43,114 nt of DNA. It comes from an uncultured Candidatus Saccharibacteria bacterium (lineage in GTDB: Bacteria; Patescibacteriota; Dojkabacteria; SC72). Position 1 is the stretch's first letter; every line of letters begins with the position of its first letter. This document shows positions 7,295 to 15,069 of this stretch, in pieces. The stretch lies in assembly GCA_964449955.1 (NCBI GenBank), contig CAYVBS010000004.1, forward strand, positions 1 to 43,114, written 5' to 3'. The translations under genes were made by a program, and so were the position numbers. Below the pieces are notes generated by a model. It saw nothing but the letters and a program-made list of their open reading frames with translations. It did not search any database and was not told the origin of the DNA.

Positions 7295-8154
7295 GATTCA
7301 AAGAACACTAAAACATCATTCATATATTCTGTATCAATATCAAAATGGGTTTTACCTTCTAAACTTACCAACTCAATATCTTTTCCATATGCTTTAAGCC
7401 TATTTATAAAACCAACACTGTTTGTATATGGTACATTAACATCCTTTGTACCATGCCATATCTTCACCTCTACATCTCTTAATTCATCTACTCTTGCCTG
7501 ACTCCATTCAGAAGCTCTTACTGTAGGAGCAAGTAGTGCAACCTTAGAAATACTTTCGGAATTTTGGGTAACAAAGTTCATAGTAGGTAATCCCCCCATA
7601 CTAAATCCGATCATATTTATCTGAGGATGAATATTGTAATTCTGAGAAACCCAATCAATTAAGTTAGAGGTATCTCTAAGAGAAGCCTCATTACCCCAAT
7701 TAACACCATGCTGATTAGAAGCAGCAAAGATATAGTTGTATTGAGTAAACAGATAACCGTACTCCTTTAGATCCTGCATAAAGGGATCACTCATATCCTG
7801 TGAGACTATTGTATTGGAGCCATGACTGTATACAACTAGAACAGAGTACTCTCTATCACTAACAACCTTCGGAGCTATTACATATGACTGCTGATCTTCA
7901 ATAATGGGAAAATATTCTACAAAGTGTTCTCCTATGACAGGAGAGCTTTCTTTTTCCTGTGTTTCCTCAATGATCATACCTGTATGCTCTGTATCATTAT
8001 TCTCAACCACAGGCTCAGTATTACTATCTGCAGGAGTTACTACGAAGAGTCTGTAACAAAGATATCCGGGAAGAATCAAAAGCAGGACTAATACTATAAC
8101 TAATAGTATGTTTATTAAAACATCCTTTAGACTGTTTTCGTAATAGTGCCCCAC
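7291..8154 (-). CDS. Membrane-anchored alpha/beta hydrolase (esterase/peptidase S9-like)
   Basis: N-terminal TM (ILLVIVLVLLLILPGYL). Nucleophile elbow GFSMGG. GTG start at 8154, 8 nt downstream of a TATAAT. Confidence 0.65.
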   Translation of the reverse strand: MGHYYENSLKDVLINILLVIVLVLLLILPGYLCYRLFVVTPADSNTEPVVENNDTEHTGMIIEETQEKESSPVIGEHFVEYFPIIEDQQSYVIAPKVVSDREYSVLVVYSHGSNTIVSQDMSDPFMQDLKEYGYLFTQYNYIFAASNQHGVNWGNEASLRDTSNLIDWVSQNYNIHPQINMIGFSMGGLPTMNFVTQNSESISKVALLAPTVRASEWSQARVDELRDVEVKIWHGTKDVNVPYTNSVGFINRLKAYGKDIELVSLEGKTHFDIDTEYMNDVLVFFES

Positions 8155-8183
8155 CTGAATTTATTATAGCATTTTTTAAAACC

Positions 8184-8192
8184 TGGTATAAT
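8184..8192 (+). promoter_or_regulatory. Extended -10 promoter element upstream of the DsbA-like gene
   Basis: TGGTATAAT at 8184-8192, about 75 nt upstream of ATG 8268. Confidence 0.4.
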
Positions 8193-8267
8193 TGACTTGG
8201 TTAATGATTTAAAATAAAGTATCTTTTATCCTCTGCCCTTGATTTAATATTTATATATATATTCCTA

Positions 8268-9026
8268 ATGAGTGAGAAGAAAAGTAAAAACTCTCAGAAT
8301 GATCAGGAGGTAGTAATAAATCTTGATTCATTCGCAGTACCTGGTGCCATCATATTAGCAGGTATCATAATTGCAGCGGCAATATTTTTTACCAATAAAT
8401 CTAATCCTAATCCTGATGTAGCAGGTAATACAGATACTAATAACCAGCAGGATGCACAGGATCAGTTTACAGATGCTAGTACTAATATTGATGATGACTT
8501 CTATGTAGGTAACAAGGATAGTGCTAAGGTAGCCATAGTTGAATTTAGTGACTATCAGTGTCCTTACTGTCAGAGACATGCACAGGAAACATACTCGGAT
8601 TTGATAGAAAACTATGTAGATAGTGGCCAAGCTATATATGTATTTAGAGATTTTCCATTAGAGATGCATGGACAAATCGCTATAGATACAGCGGAAGCTT
8701 CAGAGTGTGTAGCAGAGATAGAGCCTGGTAAGTTTGTAGAGTTCCATGACAAAGCATTCATGGTTGCTGATAGAGCTGCTTTGGATAAAGTTGCAAGTGA
8801 TATGGGTATTGATAAGGGAAGGTATGATACATGTATGAGTGAGAGGAAGTACAAAGCTGAGGTCGAGAAGGATCTCTCTGATGGAATGAGTGCAGGTGTA
8901 CAGGGAACTCCTGGATTTGTAATAGGTGTGTTAGGTTCAGATGGTTCTGTAACTGGTAAGTTAGTAGCTGGGGCATATCCATTTGAAAGCTTCGCTGAGA
9001 TATTGGACGAGATGTTAGCAGAGTAA
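8268..9026 (+). CDS. DsbA-family thiol:disulfide oxidoreductase, membrane-anchored
   Basis: N-terminal TM (GAIILAGIIIAAAIFF). CPYC active site within FSDYQCPYCQRH. GTPGFVIG cis-Pro loop region. Confidence 0.8.
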   Translation: MSEKKSKNSQNDQEVVINLDSFAVPGAIILAGIIIAAAIFFTNKSNPNPDVAGNTDTNNQQDAQDQFTDASTNIDDDFYVGNKDSAKVAIVEFSDYQCPYCQRHAQETYSDLIENYVDSGQAIYVFRDFPLEMHGQIAIDTAEASECVAEIEPGKFVEFHDKAFMVADRAALDKVASDMGIDKGRYDTCMSERKYKAEVEKDLSDGMSAGVQGTPGFVIGVLGSDGSVTGKLVAGAYPFESFAEILDEMLAE

Positions 9027-9093
9027 CCCCGAGCTATCAAGAATGTAATTGTATTAGGAAAAAGTAAGAGACCCGGGTATCTTATATATTCTT
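9021..9093. repeat. Copy A of a ~73-bp intergenic cassette; copy B is at 39829-39901
   Basis: Ungapped alignment to 39829-39901 gives 47/73 identities by hand count. GTAACCCCG and ACCCGGGTAT anchors have identical 48-nt spacing. Confidence 0.55.
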
Positions 9094-9459
9094 GAATAAC
9101 CTTGATAATTTTTTGTCTAAAGTTATTAACTGAGAATTGTTTATCTTTGCTAGGAAGAGGATTATAGAATCTGTAGCTGTAAAGGAATGTTTAAGATTCG
9201 CTGTGAAATCGATGTAATCTAGAATATTCTCATCGGTCAGTGAAGGTATTTCTTCTGCCATTTCCATACTTATCTTTATACTAAAGTCTCTGAATTTCTT
9301 ATCTGCAGAAAAGCTCATAAGCTCAGCAAATACAACAGATGGAATCAAGAGGTATGAATGCTTTAGATCTTGAGCTATCCTTCGTGCTTCTCTGTGGTTT
9401 GCATTGTCCTCATTTAAAAAAGCACTGATAAAGCTTGTGTCAAGGGTATAGCTTTTCAC
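9082..9459 (-). CDS. vapC: PIN-domain toxin (VapC family)
   Basis: Acidic residues in PIN positions (LDTSF, FAEL, TATDS, ITLDKK). 4-nt overlap with the upstream antitoxin ORF. Confidence 0.75.
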   Translation of the reverse strand: MKSYTLDTSFISAFLNEDNANHREARRIAQDLKHSYLLIPSVVFAELMSFSADKKFRDFSIKISMEMAEEIPSLTDENILDYIDFTANLKHSFTATDSIILFLAKINNSQLITLDKKLSRLFKNI

Positions 9460-9734
9460 TTTTGTTCTCTTTGTTTTCTAATATACTTTGTAGCATTTGT
9501 ATATTTTTTAGAAGATATGGAATATTTGCCAAACCTTTCTAGAAAACTTTTATCAGTTTCTTTGTAAGGGGTTTCCTGTTTTGCATCAGTGTAATCTTTT
9601 ATGCTGGTTAGTACAGCAATAGGGTCTTTCATCTTTTTGTAGCCAAGATATACTATCCCTCCATCCTTTACAAAGGAAAGTGCTTTAGAGGGATTTTTAT
9701 AAAACTCGGTTGTAGTATATATTTTTTTCTTCAT
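9456..9734 (-). CDS. Antitoxin of the VapBC pair (Phd/YefM-like N-terminus)
   Basis: 92-aa ORF overlapping vapC by 4 nt. TTTEFYKNPSKALSFV...PIAVLTSIKDY resembles the Phd/YefM fold signature. Operator palindrome lies immediately upstream. Confidence 0.6.
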   Translation of the reverse strand: MKKKIYTTTEFYKNPSKALSFVKDGGIVYLGYKKMKDPIAVLTSIKDYTDAKQETPYKETDKSFLERFGKYSISSKKYTNATKYIRKQREQK

Positions 9735-9743
9735 ATTAGTAAA

Positions 9744-9772
9744 ATACTACTAATATTTTAGTAGTAAGTCAA
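9744..9772 (-). promoter_or_regulatory. Toxin-antitoxin promoter with embedded operator palindrome
   Basis: Minus strand reads TTGACT (9772-9767), 17-nt spacer, TAGTAT (9749-9744). The 9-bp inverted repeat TACTACTAA/TTAGTAGTA (9745-9753/9758-9766) fills the spacer and -10. Confidence 0.55.
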
Positions 9773-9782
9773 CAATAAAAAA

Positions 9783-9801
9783 GGGGAGTATATAGCTCCC
9801 C
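9783..9801 (-). terminator. Rho-independent terminator for 9825..10934
   Basis: GGGGAG (9783-9788) pairs with CTCCCC (9796-9801). On the minus strand it is followed by TTTTTT (plus-strand A run 9776-9782). Confidence 0.6.
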
Positions 9802-9824
9802 TTCTTTAGTACTTAGTAAATATA

Positions 9825-10934
9825 TTACTTTTTCTTACTCTTTCTAGCTTCAGACATTACATCAGCTTTTGTTCTGACTACTGCTCCTACTGCTAACATC
9901 GTTAGTGCTAAGGAGTAGAGTACTCCTACTACTGGGATTAGTCTTACTAAGACAGATAGTAATCTTCCTATTAAAAGGGATAGGTAAAGTTTCTCATCTT
10001 TCTGGTTGAGTAGATCTAATATCTTATGTCCTACTGCTATCTCTACCCATAGGGTTCCAAATATAGTTAGGAAGAGTAGTGCTCCTAATATTAACAGTGA
10101 GAGTGGTGCTCCTATAAGAGTTGCTGCAAGTAGTATTAATGGTAGGGGAATTGCAAAGAGGATCAGTAATCCAATTGCAAAACTCTTTAATGCATCTGCC
10201 CATGAGCTATTGATATTTCTCTCTATCTGTACAGTCTTAACAGGTGCTAGATATATGAAGAGTGCTCCTACAATATACATTCCCAGAAAACCGATCAGTG
10301 CAAATCCTAGGTCTACTGTTGTAAACCTATCTGCTATTGGCTCCTGTGTCACTGGTCTACTCTCCGTAGTTCTGTTAACTATCTCACCAGCTACATCTCC
10401 ATCTTCAACGGTGTATGTTCGACTTGCAAATACAAAGTCTCCTCCAACGGTTGCAGTGGAAAGTATGTCTCCGGAAACTGCTCTTACATCATCTCCAACG
10501 ACTCCTTCTAGGTTGAGTGTTCCAGTAGAGGTAGTTAGATCCCCACTAATGTCAGCACTAGAGTTTACTGTTAATCCTGCTGCCATGACGTCTCCTCCAA
10601 GGGTTCCATCTAGGTTTAGAGTAGATCCTGCTACTATGGTATTACCATATATATTACCATCAACAACTATACTGTTTGCAGCTACAAACAGGTTTCCTGT
10701 AACAGTTCCATCAATGGTAACTGTTTGTCCTGTTGCTAACACATCACCGTCTACTACTCCACTTATCGTTATATTCGTTCCTGATACATAGAGGTCGTCT
10801 TCTACTACTGATTGGCTTTCTAGTTCATAGTTTCCAAACTCAAAGGTAGCAGCTTGTACTCTACTTGGTAGTATGAAGGCAAAGAGGAGAGCAACTAGGG
10901 GTAGCAAGAAATATATTTTTCTTAGCTTTACCAT
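9825..10934 (-). CDS. Exported bactofilin-like beta-helix repeat protein with a C-terminal multi-TM anchor
   Basis: Signal peptide ending VQA-A. About 8 degenerate repeats of G.V.GD(L/V)..G..V.I.G. Four to five hydrophobic helices in the C-terminal half. KSKKK tail. Confidence 0.55.
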   Translation of the reverse strand: MVKLRKIYFLLPLVALLFAFILPSRVQAATFEFGNYELESQSVVEDDLYVSGTNITISGVVDGDVLATGQTVTIDGTVTGNLFVAANSIVVDGNIYGNTIVAGSTLNLDGTLGGDVMAAGLTVNSSADISGDLTTSTGTLNLEGVVGDDVRAVSGDILSTATVGGDFVFASRTYTVEDGDVAGEIVNRTTESRPVTQEPIADRFTTVDLGFALIGFLGMYIVGALFIYLAPVKTVQIERNINSSWADALKSFAIGLLILFAIPLPLILLAATLIGAPLSLLILGALLFLTIFGTLWVEIAVGHKILDLLNQKDEKLYLSLLIGRLLSVLVRLIPVVGVLYSLALTMLAVGAVVRTKADVMSEARKSKKK

Positions 10935-11036
10935 TTAAATATATTTAAAAGTTATATATACATATTTAAAATATATCATATTTAAATGGTATGCATAAAA
11001 CATACTTTTCTAATTCTTGAGGAATTAAATTAGGGT

Positions 11037-11987
11037 TTAATATTCTTCCCGTATGGCGTAAGTTCGAACCTTTCCATTTTCATGGTATGAACGAAGTATT
11101 AACTCTCCTAGTAGGCCAAAAGAAAGGAACTGAGTTCCCATGATTAATCCAAATACAGTGATCAGAAGAAGTGGGTTCTCTGTAAGGTCTGCTTGAGTTA
11201 GCATTTTATCCAATATTGCAGCTACTAGGCTAATAAAACTTACAAAGTATGTTATTAAAGCAAGGGGTCCCATAAACTGAATAGGAGTCTTCCTCTTCAT
11301 TGTTAAGAATTTTACATTGAGGATATCAAACATTACAGTTAAAGTTCTTCCAAAGCCATACTTACTCTTACCGTATTCTCTTCTTTTGTGGTGTACCTCT
11401 ATCTCTCCCATTTTTGCACCGTACATTCCAAGAAGGTATGACATGAATCGGTGTAACTCTCCATACAGCTTTATATCTTTAATAATGGGAGCTTTAACTA
11501 CTTTGACCATACAGCCAGTATCATGTATTCCTAGATCTCCAAATGCCATTTTCATCATTTTGTTGGCAGCTAGTGATGGCAATTTTCTTATTACATTACC
11601 CTGCCATCTGTTTTTTCTCCATCCAACTATAGCGTCTAAGTTATCTTCCTCAAGTTTCTCTATCATTTTTAGAAAATCTGCGGGGTCATCTTGATTATCA
11701 CCATCCATTGTTGCAATATATTGTCCCTTTGCTCTATCGATACCAGCCATTAATGCACCGCTTTGTCCAGTTCTGCTCATCAAGGTAATTCCATGTACAT
11801 TGGTATCCTCCAGGCTAATCCCTTTAATTATTTCCCCTGTACTATCAGAGGAACCATCATTGACCCAAATAACCTCATAGTCAATTTTACCTTCTAATTC
11901 TTCTTTCATTCTTTTGTGAATTAGGGGAATGTTCTCTTCTTCGTTGTAAACGGGTATAACTATAGATAGTTTTGGTTTGTTTAGCAT
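11037..11987 (-). CDS. GT2 polyprenyl-phosphate glycosyltransferase (GtrB/ArnC/DPM1-like)
   Basis: LSIVIPVYNEEENI, VNDGSSDST, DGDNQDDP (DxD), plus two C-terminal TM helices typical of this subfamily. Confidence 0.8.
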   Translation of the reverse strand: MLNKPKLSIVIPVYNEEENIPLIHKRMKEELEGKIDYEVIWVNDGSSDSTGEIIKGISLEDTNVHGITLMSRTGQSGALMAGIDRAKGQYIATMDGDNQDDPADFLKMIEKLEEDNLDAIVGWRKNRWQGNVIRKLPSLAANKMMKMAFGDLGIHDTGCMVKVVKAPIIKDIKLYGELHRFMSYLLGMYGAKMGEIEVHHKRREYGKSKYGFGRTLTVMFDILNVKFLTMKRKTPIQFMGPLALITYFVSFISLVAAILDKMLTQADLTENPLLLITVFGLIMGTQFLSFGLLGELILRSYHENGKVRTYAIREEY

Positions 11988-12113
11988 TACTGTTTCATTA
12001 AAATATAACTAATCACAATATTAATACCACAAATAGAGAATTTTCTCAAAGTTGCAGCTTTTAAGTTTGATGATATACTCTATAAGTTAATTTCAACTTC
12101 TTAAAATTCGCGC

Positions 12114-13502
12114 ATGAAAATCGCTATCATTGGTACCGGATATGTCGGTTTGACCCTATCAGCTCTCCTTGCTCGTGTTGGTTACAAAACATACTGTATT
12201 GATGTTGTACCAGAGAAGATCAAGACAATTAAATCCGGCAAATCATATTTCTATGAATTAGGTCTGGACAGTTTAGTTAAATATGGAATAGAAAGTGGCA
12301 ACCTAATTCCTACATTAGATTACAAAGAAGGGTTAAGTGATGTAGATATTGTATTTCTCTCTGTAGGCACACCTAGTGGTCCTAATGGTGGTTTTGATCT
12401 CTCATATATATACAGTGCAGTTGAAGATGCTGCGAAGTATGTAAAAGATGGTGTTATCTTTGTTCAAAGAAGTACTGTACCTGTTGGTACAGGTAGAGAA
12501 GCTATGAAGAGAATTGAGAAGGTAAACCCTAAACTTAAGTATACATATCTCTCATCTCCAGAGTTCTTAAGAGAGGGTGCTGCTGTACTGGATTCAATAG
12601 TACAGGATCGTATTGTAATAGGTGGGGATGATGATGAAGCTAAAGAGAAGATCTTTAAGATATTTGAGAAGATAGAGTTCCTTTCTGATGAGATATGTCA
12701 GAAGAATCCTGAGATTTCACAGTATGCTAATGCATATATGGTTAACAATAATCACTCAGAAGTGGAATTCGCAAAGAAGTGTATGAGTACTAAATTGGAA
12801 AGTGCAGAGTTGATCAAGGTATGTGCTAACTCAATGCTTGCTATGAAGATATCCTTTGCAAACAATATTGCTAGAATATGTGATAAGGTAGATGCAAATG
12901 TAAATGAAGTTATGGATGGTGTGGGAATGGATAGGAGGATTAATAGATCTTTCCTCTATGCAGGTATTGGATTCGGTGGTGGGTGTTTTCCTAAAGATGT
13001 TAAAGGTCTGATTAGATCTCTTGAAGAACATGATATCGATGCATCTCTTTTTAAAGCTGTTATGGATGTAAATATGGAACAGGTTGACTTTGTGGTAGAG
13101 AAGGTAAAGAAAGAAGCTGGAAATCCAAAGAGAGGTAAGGTAGGAGTGTTAGGTTTAGCATTTAAACCGGGTACTAGTGATATGAGGGTGTCTCCAGCAG
13201 GAAGACTTTGTAAAGCTTTAGCAAAAGAAGGCTTCAATGTAGTGGGTATGGATCCTCAAGCCATTGAAGAGGCCAAATTGGAGTTCCCAGAGGAGAAGAA
13301 TCTTAAATATGTAGAAGATGTTGAAGAGGTCTTTAAAGACTCAGAGATGGTTATACTTGCTACTGACTGGCCTGAGTTTAAAGAGTTGGACTACAAATCT
13401 CTATCCAAACTAATGAAGAAGAATAACTTCATAGATGCTAGAAACTATCTTGATGTAAAATCTATGGAGAAGATATTTAAATTTGATAATATTGGGGCAT
13501 AG
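12114..13502 (+). CDS. ugd: UDP-glucose 6-dehydrogenase
   Basis: N-terminal Rossmann motif IIGTGYVGL. Catalytic-Cys motif GFGGGCFPKD. LAFKPGTSDMR in the C-terminal domain. Confidence 0.85.
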   Translation: MKIAIIGTGYVGLTLSALLARVGYKTYCIDVVPEKIKTIKSGKSYFYELGLDSLVKYGIESGNLIPTLDYKEGLSDVDIVFLSVGTPSGPNGGFDLSYIYSAVEDAAKYVKDGVIFVQRSTVPVGTGREAMKRIEKVNPKLKYTYLSSPEFLREGAAVLDSIVQDRIVIGGDDDEAKEKIFKIFEKIEFLSDEICQKNPEISQYANAYMVNNNHSEVEFAKKCMSTKLESAELIKVCANSMLAMKISFANNIARICDKVDANVNEVMDGVGMDRRINRSFLYAGIGFGGGCFPKDVKGLIRSLEEHDIDASLFKAVMDVNMEQVDFVVEKVKKEAGNPKRGKVGVLGLAFKPGTSDMRVSPAGRLCKALAKEGFNVVGMDPQAIEEAKLEFPEEKNLKYVEDVEEVFKDSEMVILATDWPEFKELDYKSLSKLMKKNNFIDARNYLDVKSMEKIFKFDNIGA

Positions 13503-14471
13503 ATGAAGATCTTAGTAACAGGTACAGCAGGATTTATTGGTCATGCTCTCGCAAAGGTATTACTTGAAAGAGGTGATACTGTTGTAGGAGTAGATAACTT
13601 CAATGATTACTATGATGTACAGCTTAAGGAAGATAGGAACAAGGAGTTGGAGAAGTATGAAAATTTCAAATTGTACAGAGTAGATATTTCTAACCTAGAG
13701 GATCTAAAGAAGGTTTTTGATGAGAATAATTTTGATGTTGTATGTAATCTAGCTGCACAGGCAGGGGTTAGGTATTCAATAGATAATCCATATGTATATG
13801 CTGATGCTAATCTGGTAGGTTTTGTTAACATTATAAATCTTACTAAGGATAAGGGTATAAAGCATTTTGTATATGCTTCTTCTAGCTCTGTGTATGGTGA
13901 TACCGGAGAAATTCCTTTTACTGAAACTCAGGATGTTAACAATCCCATTTCTTTGTATGCTGCTAGTAAGAGGAGCAATGAGCTAATGGCATATACGTAT
14001 CATCACTTGTTTGGTTTAAGAACTATTGGTCTTAGATTTTTTACTGTCTATGGTCCATGGGGTAGACCAGATATGGCAATATTCAAATTTGCTAATCAGA
14101 TGGTTAAAGGAGAGGAGATTCCTGTGTATAACTATGGTAAGGATTTGAAGAGGGACTTCACATATATTGATGATATTGTAGATGGTGTTGTTAGAGCTAT
14201 TGATTGTAATTATGAGAATGAAATATTTAATCTTGGAAAGGGTAGCCCTGATGAATTAGGATATATGATAGATACTTTAGAGAAGCATATGGGTATTAAG
14301 GCTAAGAAGAACTTACTTCCTATGCAAAAGGGTGATGTGTTGATAACATATTCTAATACGAGTAAGGCAAAGAGGATGTTAGGTTATGACCCAAAAGTTA
14401 CATTAGATGAAGGTATAGAGAAGTTTGTGGAGTGGTATAAGGGGTATTATGAAATAAAGTATCTTAAATAA
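13503..14471 (+). CDS. UDP-glucuronate 4-epimerase (SDR, GalE-like)
   Basis: VTGTAGFIG, NFNDYYDVQLK (typical of the GlcA-epimerase clade), ASSSSVYG, YAASK. The start codon directly abuts the ugd stop. Confidence 0.75.
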   Translation: MKILVTGTAGFIGHALAKVLLERGDTVVGVDNFNDYYDVQLKEDRNKELEKYENFKLYRVDISNLEDLKKVFDENNFDVVCNLAAQAGVRYSIDNPYVYADANLVGFVNIINLTKDKGIKHFVYASSSSVYGDTGEIPFTETQDVNNPISLYAASKRSNELMAYTYHHLFGLRTIGLRFFTVYGPWGRPDMAIFKFANQMVKGEEIPVYNYGKDLKRDFTYIDDIVDGVVRAIDCNYENEIFNLGKGSPDELGYMIDTLEKHMGIKAKKNLLPMQKGDVLITYSNTSKAKRMLGYDPKVTLDEGIEKFVEWYKGYYEIKYLK

Positions 14472-14476
14472 TACTT

Positions 14477-15058
14477 ATGGTAGATTTTAGATCTAGTTAC
14501 ATTAGACTGAGAGGCGTGTTCTTTTCAAAGATACTTCAATTATTGGGAGATATTGAATTGGGAAAAAACCTTAAGCTTAGAGGTCTGCCTCTTGTGTCTA
14601 CTGAGAGAGGAGGAAAGATATATATTGGTAACAATGTAGTACTTGATTCTAAGAATAAAGGATATCATACTAACATGTTTGCACCTACAAAGCTGTACGC
14701 AAGTGGGGGAACGATACGAATTGGTGATAACTGTAGAATCCATGGCGCATCATTCCATGCAAGGGGCGATATCACTATCGGAGAACATTGTCTAATTGCT
14801 GCAAATACCATAATCATGGATTCAAACGGTCATAAGGTTGTACCAAGAAACGGTAAAAAACGAACAGAGTCTAGAGATCGTCCAAAGCCAGTAATTGTCG
14901 GAGATGATGTTTGGATAGGGATTGGTGTTTTGATACTCCCTGGTGTTAAGATTGGCAATGGTGCGGTTATAGCTGCCTGTAGCGTTGTTAGTGCTAATGT
15001 TCCAAATAACTGTATAGCAGGTGGAGTACCAGCAAAGATTATAAAAGAGCTAACTTAA
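14477..15058 (+). CDS. Left-handed beta-helix (hexapeptide repeat) sugar O-acetyltransferase
   Basis: Hexapeptide repeats IGDNCRIHG, IGEHCLIAA, VGDDVWIGIGVLILPGVKIGNGAVIAA. Confidence 0.75.
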   Translation: MVDFRSSYIRLRGVFFSKILQLLGDIELGKNLKLRGLPLVSTERGGKIYIGNNVVLDSKNKGYHTNMFAPTKLYASGGTIRIGDNCRIHGASFHARGDITIGEHCLIAANTIIMDSNGHKVVPRNGKKRTESRDRPKPVIVGDDVWIGIGVLILPGVKIGNGAVIAACSVVSANVPNNCIAGGVPAKIIKELT

Positions 15059-15069
15059 CTTATATCCCT

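Noticed and set aside
8355-9040. Antisense ORFs across the DsbA-like gene (8355..8630, 8612..9040, 8758..8982)
   Set aside because: The sense frame carries the CPYC thioredoxin motif and a TM anchor. The antisense products are low-complexity with no features.
10006-10791. 261-aa ORF antisense to the beta-helix repeat gene
   Set aside because: It has S/P/T-rich low complexity generated by the complement of Gly/Val/Asp repeat codons. It lacks a promoter or start context and any motif, while the sense gene has a signal peptide, TM helices and a terminator.
10931-10989. Repeated ATTTAAAT/ATATTTAAA palindromes upstream of the beta-helix protein gene as operator sites
   Set aside because: These are pure A/T motifs in an AT-rich promoter region and cannot be distinguished by eye from compositional background.
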